Shown in pieces: positions 35,830 to 44,360 of a DNA stretch of 44,360 nt. The stretch's first letter is position 1; each line of letters begins with the position of its first letter. This DNA is from Utricularia gibba. Taxonomy: Eukaryota; Plantae; Magnoliophyta. The notes under the pieces were generated by a model, which saw only the letters and a list, made by a program, of their open reading frames with translations, was not told the DNA's origin and searched no databases. The stretch is from contig NEEC01000070.1 in assembly GCA_002189035.1 (NCBI GenBank), forward strand, positions 1-44,360, in the 5' to 3' direction. Made by a program: the position numbers and the translations under genes.

Positions 35830-38797
35830 ATCTCCCTCTCTTAAGACGCTTCATCCCCAAGCGTCAACATGCATCACAATTCATTCTCCACACCTAACAC
35901 AGCTATTACCCCTCTGGCTGATTCGTCAGTATTGCCGCTCTGCTGTCTATCGCTATAGTTCATCGTTCCTTACACTCCTTACTAGGCTTAGGTCTCGCCT
36001 TTGTCCCTTGAAAGTGTTACTTGTCACTTCGCCATACTCACTGGCTTCGCTCCCCACATCTGGTGGCCTTCTACGATGAACACATCTTGGTTGTGCAACC
36101 TCCTTGTGTTGCACCATGCTTCACTGCTCCTACTCATTAGTAGTTTGATCAATCGTCATGCTGGTTATACATCGCCCTCACAAGGTCTTGGGAGCCTCAT
36201 TCCCTTACATGTCAGAACTTCTTCACCTCACCAAAATCACTCCCATGGGGATTATGGCCACTTGACTACGTCATCCCCCACATACTCTACTCACCAGCAT
36301 CGCTGATTTCCACTGTCTCTCTTTCTCGAGGAACTTGAGCCATCATTCTCTTGGGCATGATCAATTCAAGCCCTAACGCCTTTATGTACGGGTACCATTT
36401 GTATAACGCTAGATGCTGGCTCCACATAGTGTATATCACCTTACACAAGTTCTGCCATACGCCTCTTCATGTCAGCTTCGTCCATGACGAGTCCTCTAGT
36501 GCCTTGCTACTTTTCCTGATTGCTCTTCTAGGCGAGGGCTTCAATATGCTCACCCTCACACATCGATGGTCTTGTCCTTGTCCACGTATGCCTCGTTCCT
36601 ACCAGGGTGTACTCAAGGCTGCAAGGCATGTATATGTATTCTTTTCCATCGCATCCCTAGTTCCTTCATGCCTAGCATCTCAATTCTTGTAGTAGCCCTG
36701 GATCAATTCTAGGTTTCATGTGCTGTCAACTTCTTAACCATTCCCTTACTGCATCATGTATTCTTCCCAAGTACTATCTAGCTCCTACCTACCCACGATC
36801 CCTTAACCTTGGAGTCATTTATGTATTGCTGTCGTTCTCCTCACTATTCCTGCCCCGTGCCCATGCATAGCTCGTCCCGCTTGTCTAACCTCACTCAGTT
36901 CATCCATCTTCGTTGCTACTCTACTTGGTTGTTATGAAGTCCTTAGCTGGTCGTCCCCTAACCTTGCCACATCCTTTTTCCTAGGAGAAGTTCCCTTGAT
37001 GCTGGTTGTCGATCACGCCTGGGGGTATTAGTTGTTTCCCCACGACCTTCCTTGGCATAGACACTACCTTGAACGAAACTGGTCTTGCAACTTTGTCTTA
37101 GTGATTGCTTGCATCCTTGTGCTTCCACCCTATTGCCTTCTTAGTGCCATCCACCATCTCACAGTTTACTACCAAGCTCATATATCCCGCCTACACCATG
37201 GTGTACACAGTGTACACTCAAGGTGGCCTTGTAGTCATGTTCTCCCACTTCTTGAGGTGGCTAGTGCCTGAATTCCACATTCATCTTGGAGTGCTCGACC
37301 ACGTTGCTGGTCCAACATTAGTTCAAGGTGTATCCAAGGGGCTGATGCCTATGATCACCATATTCAGTCTCCCACTAGTTTATGTGCCACCCCGTCACCT
37401 CGTTGATTCCATTAACGTGAGTGCTTTTGTATGACCATCTCCCAACCTTGGGAGTCCATTCTCCTAGATATCCTCTAGCTGCGTCCATCCTCAGACTAAG
37501 CAAGCATCATCTCGCATAGTACCTTGAGGTGACCCTCATGTCCTCCTATATTTGATTTCCACACGACCTCCTCCTTGGTGCAAATCTAGAGTGTTCCACA
37601 AAAAGGATATCGTTGCACTCCCCGAGGGCACCCATCATTGCCGCCCATGTTGCTTCCTAAGTCACTTTGGATGCTCTAGTCACACGTTCAATCACCTGCT
37701 CCTCCATTCCCTCCCATCCTTGTGCTCACGCTGAGTATATGTAGTGTGTCTACTCGTTAGTTCCCCTACCTCCTTCACATCACTGATTCGACATATGTCA
37801 TACCGCACCCACTACCTCCCTAGGATTATTTTCGAGCTCTTCCCATACTCATCGGTGTGTCACCATGCATGTATGCGCTTACAAGATTGCACATGCTTGA
37901 TTCCATACCTCCTACTTTTACCATGCGGCACCGTCGTTGCTCCCCATAGTCGTTTCCTGTGTTCTCTTATTTGGGGCTCGTGTGTGGTACACCTTGTCCC
38001 GTGCATTTTATCGCAAGCATCTCATGCCATGGCAGCCCTTGACTTCGTGCCCTTAACTCAAGTTCTGAAGAGAAGACACTCTTAGAGTTGAAATCACTCC
38101 TCTCATTGCTATATCTCATTGCTATGCCCTTTCGTAGATTGCTCATTGCCCACACCTTTGCTAACCAACTGTATTTGTTGCACCATCGAAATAATCTGCC
38201 CCAATACTGAACATATGCTCACCGAGATACCATGTCGCCCAAACTTCCTTGTATGTCCATCAATGACATCTCCATTCTCTATTAGTGTCATGCTTTCACA
38301 AGAATACCCATCCTTCCATGTTCCATGTGGTGTGTTGGCTTCAGCTCACCCTTTGAGGGTGTATAGCTCTTGTTGCACGTGCTACTATCAATCTCCACTC
38401 ATGGCGTTTCCCATGCCAATCACGAGCCCACCTCCACTAGGACTCAAAAATCCCTGTAGGCACAATCTATGTACGAACACTTAACTGCACGAGCTCTCTT
38501 CCTCAGTATCAATACACTCACCACTCATTGAGCTAACTCCCATACCAAGTCCCCATCTCTTGTTCATCTAGCAAAATGCTCACGATTAGAATCAACATGT
38601 ACTCTCTCCTATCATACCTAGCAGCAGTGGGGCAGCAAGGGAGCGAGTTTCCTATTCCTATTCCTAGCCCTTGACACAACCTGGCTTTGATACCATTTGT
38701 CACGACCCATACTCGTCTTACACGATATTGTCCGTTTTGGCACCCAACCCTCATGGTTTTACATTCTCCCCTTCTGGGGCAAGGGCCTCATGCAAGA
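35830..38797 (-). mobile_element. Non-autonomous (LARD-like) LTR element interior with iMet PBS, PPT and 5' LTR stub
   Basis: 5' LTR end ...GGGTCGTGACA (38698), 2-nt gap, then PBS TGGTATCAAAGCC (38683-38695). About 2.85 kb without recognisable gag/pol follows, then PPT and 3' LTR at 35829. Confidence 0.7.
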
Positions 38798-38863
38798 TTA
38801 GGGTTTAGGGTTTAGGGTTTAGGGTTCAAGGTTCAGGTTTAGGTTTTAGGGTTCAAGGTTTAG
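38798..38863 (+). repeat. Interstitial Arabidopsis-type telomeric repeat tract (about 10 units)
   Basis: TTAGGG (TTTAGGG)3 TTCAAGG TTCAGG TTTAGG TTTTAGGG TTCAAGG TTTAG. Confidence 0.9.
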
Positions 38864-39107
38864 TAATTTGGTGCCTCAATATGAGTGTATTCTATAATGT
38901 CTTGTGTATTATGTAATCTCTTGAACTTTTTCAGGTTTTGATGGCATTTCCAACTCATTATTTTTTCCCTTCAGGTTTTCCATGTAACCATTGTGTCATT
39001 TTTCTTTCTCTGCTATAAAACACAATGCATAGCCCATATATAAGGTATGATAGTAATTTGGTGTTCGTGAACTTACAACATGCAGATTAGCTAAGATCCT
39101 ATAATGA

Positions 39108-39236
<129 letters not shown>

Positions 39237-41341
39237 TAGGAGAGGGTGAGAGTATTGTGTTGCTTAGTTATGCACTTTTTCACTGTAAAGGGCGTGTGAT
39301 GCTCATTATTTTTTGAAACTAATGCGTTGATAAAAAAATGATCTTGGGACGGGTCTTTTGGCTCCCTACTTTTTCCTGTTCTCTCGCTGGTTCTGTCACC
39401 CATTCCAGGCTGTTCCCATGAATAAGGAACAGTTTTTTTCTTTTTTTTCAGGGCATTTGTGACCGGAATATTTGGTGCATGCAGCAGCAACTCATACTGA
39501 TCTCGAATGATGATGCGGTGGTCTTCTCAATTGGTTGAGGCATGAAACAAACCCAGTCCAAGCCTGAGGAATCAACTCAATGGATTCCTCTTTTTCTTTT
39601 CCTTAGTTCTGGATTGCGTGTGTTCCATACGCCTGGATCCTCGTTTGATCACTTATCAAGTAATGCTTTCCCTGCTGCCACAGCAATGTGTGCTTTGGAT
39701 CTCTTTCTAGAGATTTGTTTTGTGTACAATTTTGGTGTTCCAGGGCATGACGATTCCTTTTCCATTTCTCAGGGCCGTCCAATAAGATGGTGGAGTTGAA
39801 TTATTGATGTCGAAAAAAAAAAACAATCACTTTAGCTTTAGACTTTGGGATGGATTTGATCTGTTCCAACATGGTTTGTCTATGGTAGTGGGAAATGAGA
39901 AATCTTTGGGGCACAGCGCAGGGCCCTTGCAATCGTCTCCCTTTTAATAATTCGGAACATGAAACGGGACGTGTGACATGATGCAACACACATTTCCAGT
40001 TGAACTTGGCATCAGATTACCAATTGCAACAGCCAAATCCTTCATGAACTTTTCTTTTTACAGGTTTAACCTGCATGTGTTACTGCCACTCGAGAACACG
40101 GCTTTTTCTTTTTTTTTCTTAACCTTCACCCTGTTCATGTGTGGACTTGTTGGACGCATAATCCGTGCCCAGCAATCCCTTCCCTGAGTGTTGAAAAAAA
40201 CCAACGTGGTGAAGATTCTGAAACTCAGACTTATCGCACGCAACGCAACTCCCCCAGTTCTTGTTCGTGTCTGCTGCTGTGGTAAAGTGACATGCTTTTG
40301 GTGGTGCCTGGATGCATCAGCTTCTTATCAACCGAAAGACACCAGCCATAGCGACACGCATATGCTACTCCTTCACCCCATTGCTGATCAAATGCTTTGA
40401 AGTGTTGACTGTCGAGGATGAGCTGGGTAAGAAGCAAGGCAGAGACCCCAGACCGGTTCATAAGCCAAATACATGTAAATTACCACCATGCAGTCTTCCA
40501 AGCGGCCAGAAAACAAGAAAAAATTGAAAAAAAGATACCTTTTCATCAGCCGGGTTGGTTGCTTGTGCTTCTCGATAAGCATCATTAGTCCCACTTTCTT
40601 AATCAGAAAAAGTTTACCTTCTGGTGGAATCAGGGACTCTGAGTGTGAGTGAATGAATTATGGCACGATGATGATGTCATCTTCTGTGGTATTTGAAGCA
40701 TATCCACGTGAGTAGTTCAACTGGAATTGTGCATCTCTTCTGAACCTTTACTTTCTTCCACAAAAATAGTCTACCTGGAAGGGGACTACAGCGCTGAATG
40801 CTCCAACACTGGGATTCCATTTAGCAACCAGCCCTTGGTGCGCTTCCAATGCAGAAACCACCATATGATTCTACGGATATGAAATAATAAAATGAAAAGT
40901 GGTTCTACACTTACGCCATACATGACGACAAAGCTCTCGTGCTTCATGTCCATCACCGAGACCCTTTCATCTCATTCTGCCGACAAAAAGTAGTTGCTAA
41001 CAGCGAGTAATTTTTGCACATCCCCTAGAAAAAAACTATCTTGCGGGTTACAGAAAAATATAAAGAACACTAACCGGTCATTAGTCATCATATGCTACGT
41101 AAGATTGTGAGTTGGGTTTAGATGAATTGAGGATGTCAGTTTAGTTTTTAGCTCTCAAGTGAGTGCTAATGTAACTGCACACCTTGAAAATGTGTGAGAT
41201 TCAAAGGACTGAGGAAGATGGTGTGGTGACGTCTTTGTTCAGAAGAAAAATGCGATTGCCAATCCATAATACAATAGAGTCATCGAAATGTTTTATTAAA
41301 AAGAGACATGCTTTTGCTTTATTGCTGCAGGTTGACATGCT

Positions 41342-41349
41342 TATAAATA
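41342..41349 (+). promoter_or_regulatory. Probable TATA box of the WAT1-related gene
   Basis: TATAAATA about 70 bp upstream of ATG 41419, followed by a GA-rich leader. Confidence 0.5.
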
Positions 41350-41418
41350 GAGGGACTTGTTATATGATGCAAAAGACTATTTGCCCTTCACAGAAGATAA
41401 AGAGAGGGAGAGACCAAG

Positions 41419-43023
41419 ATGTGTGGAAACGGGTATTGGTGTTGCTTCAGAAGGCCAACCCTTCTTGGCCATGGTCTTCTTGCAAGCTGGGTACGCTGGA
41501 ATGGATATCATCTCCAAAGCTGCTCTCAACGATGGAATGAGCAACTACGTGTTCGTTGTTTATCGCCACGTAGTCGCCACCATCGTTATTGCTCCCTTCG
41601 CCTTAGCCTTCGACAAGTTAGTGCAGAAAAACTTATTCTCATTGTGGGTTTCTTTGTTTCCAGTTCATTTCTGTGTAATCATGCATATTGTTTTTTTTTA
41701 GTGAGGCCAAGAATGACGCTCGCCATTTTCGAAAAGTTATGCTCCTCAGTTTCCTCGAGTAAGAGACGCAGCTCCGTTTTGCCTGTTCATGTTTTTGTTC
41801 TTTTCGAATTTGAAATAGTTGGTTAATGATGAGGTGATCATCAGGCCGGTGATCGATCAAAACTTATACTTTCTTGGCATGAAGTACACGACGGCCACCT
41901 TTGCGGCGGCCATGGCCAATGTTCTTCCAGCTATCACTTTCCTCATGGCCTTCGCTTTCAGGTTCATCTTGTTGCTTGCTCCTCCTCATGTTACTCCTAA
42001 TTCTTCTAAACTTGAGGAGGATATTGGGTTTGGATTGCAGGCTGGAGAAGGTGAAGCTAAAGAGCATCCGAAGCCAAGCCAAGATAATTGGGACGGTGGC
42101 GACGGTGGCGGGCGCCATGATCATGACCTTGGTACTGGGCCCCGACATCGGCCTTCCATGGACTAGAAATGGAAGCTCTCATGCCCATCCTGAACAGCAA
42201 GGGGTAATCTCCCTGGAACATTCCATCAAAGGAGCTGTTTTCATCACCATTGGATGCATCAGTTGGGCTTCTTTCATGATCCTGCAAGTAGACACTCATC
42301 CAACTCTTCTCTTACGTAATACTGTGTCTTCATAGCCACTGAGCTAACACTATTTGCAGGCGGTGACGTTGAAAACTTATCCAGCAGAGCTGTCCTTGAC
42401 CGCATGGATTTGCTTGTTGGGCAGCTTACAAGGATCAGCGGTGGCGCTGGTGATGGAGAAGGGAAACCGAGCTGCCTGGTCCATCAAATGGGATACTAAG
42501 TTTCTCGCTGCAGTCTACAGTGTACGCCCAACACCAAGAAACGCACAATCATGAATTCTCTGACTTGGTCGCAGACTCACTTCTTTGGGAAAATTTGGCA
42601 GGGTGTGTTCTGCTCAGGAATTACATACTACGTACAAGGAGTGGTGATGAAAGAGAGAGGCCCCGTCTTCGTGACAGCATTCAGCCCTCTCAGCATGATC
42701 ATTGTTGCAGTGCTCAGCTCCTTCATATTTTCCGAGAAAATGTTTTTTAGGTAAATATCAACCACTTAAATTACCTAACTTGATGCTAAATGGATCATAT
42801 GATCAGAGGTCGTGAACTGTGCATGCAGGGTGCTTGGGCAACAGTAATCGTGATAGGGCTCTATTTCGTAGTTTGGGGCAAGCAACATGACTACAAACTC
42901 CACGGAGAGCAAGAATTGCCTATCAAACAGCAGCAGCAGCAGCAGCAAACCCCCAGCTTGGAACAAGTTTCAACAGCGACAGCAGCAGGAGGAGAAGAAG
43001 ATGAGAGAATTACAGTAAAGTGA
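41419..43023 (+). CDS. UMAMIT: WAT1-related / nodulin MtN21 / EamA amino-acid exporter (UMAMIT12/At2g37460-like), frameshifted as assembled
   Basis: Seven exons: 41419-41616, about 41702-41758, 41845-41961, 42041-42287, 42360-42521, 42602-42750, 42829-43023. Motifs PFLAMVFLQAGYAGMDIISKAALNDGMSNYVFVVYRH, EPVIDQNLYFLGMKYTTATF, TYPAELSLTAW, RGPVFVTAFSPL, GLYFVVWGK. Small deletions at about 41454-41458, 41700, 41736, 42748 and 42838. Confidence 0.9.
42928..42948 (+). repeat. (CAG)6CAA microsatellite encoding poly-Gln in the C-terminal tail
   Basis: CAGCAGCAGCAGCAGCAGCAA; ORF reads IKQQQQQQQTP. Confidence 0.9.
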
Positions 43024-43285
43024 TAAAGAAGTTTATTAGACGACATTAGTTATGAATGACAAATGTGCGAAAGTAATAAAGAGCACAGGTGTGGCGTGGC
43101 GTATGTGATTAGGACATGGTTAACCCAACACTCACCCACACGCAATGTCCATGTCACGTGGGGATTGAAACCACTCTTGTTTTGCTCTTGGTGGATTCAC
43201 CACTCACGCTCCACTATCTGAAAAAGCAACTTCCGCCTCTCCCACTCGTAGCAATCAAATTTATACGGACATTGTTGGTTGGGAC

Positions 43286-43350
43286 TTGGGAGTAGTTCGA
43301 ACCGGGACCGGTTCAGGTACAATATTTGTCAATCGTTTCGATTTCAGTTC
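43286..43350 (+). mobile_element. Possible short hAT-MITE end remnant
   Basis: TTGGGAGTAGTTCGAACCGGGACCGGTTC uses the same GAACCG/CGGTTC vocabulary as 28405-28572. Confidence 0.25.
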
Positions 43351-44360
43351 ACTATTTCAATCTGGGAGTATTGTCGGAATTGGAATTTCTAGTAATTTCG
43401 TTCTGATTCATTTTCTTCTAATAATATAATTAACAGAAGTTGATTGTTCAAATTTTTCAAGTGTTAAATCCATTCCACTATGCGGTAATAATGAAGTTTC
43501 TAACCTCAAAAGATGATAATGAAGATTTATTCATTAAAAATTTTGAATAAATAAGACTCTATTTAAATGCAGTTTGAATAAATGTTAGTTTGGTGTGAAG
43601 AAGACAATGAATTCATTCAATCATCAAAAACATTCTACATAAATTGTGATTATATCAATATAATTCTATAAATAGTATTCAAAGGTCATTTAGAATGAGT
43701 GTAACGCTATTGCAGCAAGGTTGCCTAGAGTGTAGGCATGAGTCTCTTCTTGACGCCAATTTGACAACTCACAATGTTTTGCATCTAACCCATAAATGGA
43801 AGATTCATGTGGAACTAAATAATGCTATTATTTAGGTTTTTTATTTTTTCAGTGATGAGGTATATGTTTGTCTTAGTAGCAAAATCGATTTGGTGTTTGT
43901 GGGATTTCAGGTGCATTTTTGTTGGTTTATAGTTAGTGGACTTGGATGAAATTTTTAGAGTGAAGGCATACAGGAATCTTTCTTCTGCAGCGGTTACCTA
44001 AGTTTGCTCTAATTTTACACTTAGGTGTTGTTTTGGTGCACTCGTCCCTTTTTTTTATGTCATAATAATGATCAGAGCAGAAATCCATCAGTGGATGCAT
44101 ACTCTAGGAAGAATTGATGATGAAATTAAAACCAAGCATCATTGGAGGCTTGATGAAGAATTAATTTTTTTTCTTTAAATAATCAAAGTGGCATAACCAA
44201 ATTCATGGAATCATGGTGCCTCATAACATTTGCAGGCCAACTAAATGAAGAGGAATAAATGTAGCCAATCTGACTCTTAAATATCTACCAAGTAAATCAG
44301 GGACACAATGAACAAAAACGCTATCAAACTATATAAACATATAGTCAACTTCAAAACTAT

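Noticed and set aside
36001-38484. Series of plus-strand 60-120 aa ORFs as genes
   Set aside because: No motifs or splice structure; they reflect the pyrimidine-rich antisense strand of the LTR element interior.
41357-41418. Upstream starts for the UMAMIT gene (TTG 41357, ATGs near 41363)
   Set aside because: They lie too close to the TATA box to be in the transcript; ATG 41419 gives a family-typical N-terminus.

Overview
Plant nuclear DNA with three zones. (1) 1-12774: a multi-exon VPS13 (VPS13M1/At4g17140-like) pseudogene with nonsense codons, frameshifts and apparently lost exons. It is joined directly at its stop codon to a decayed ITS2-25S rDNA fragment, which is in turn fused to a collapsed Tekay-type Ty3/gypsy element. 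(2) About 13.3-38.9 kb: a nested transposon graveyard. It holds Tekay pieces on both strands, a hAT relic, a chimeric Athila-like element carrying a copia-type LTR, and a three-layer nest (Tekay RNase H < hAT with TIRs and 8-bp TSD < solo LTR with 5-bp TSD). It also holds a second solo LTR sitting in a Tekay LTR, and a non-coding LARD-like element whose 5' LTR is cut off by a (TTTAGGG)n tract. (3) 41419-43023: a seven-exon WAT1-related/UMAMIT (EamA) transporter gene whose frame breaks are all small deletions, mostly in homopolymer runs, which suggests residual long-read assembly error or very recent decay. No prokaryotic system or CRISPR array is present. All family assignments come from motif recognition by eye, not database searches.
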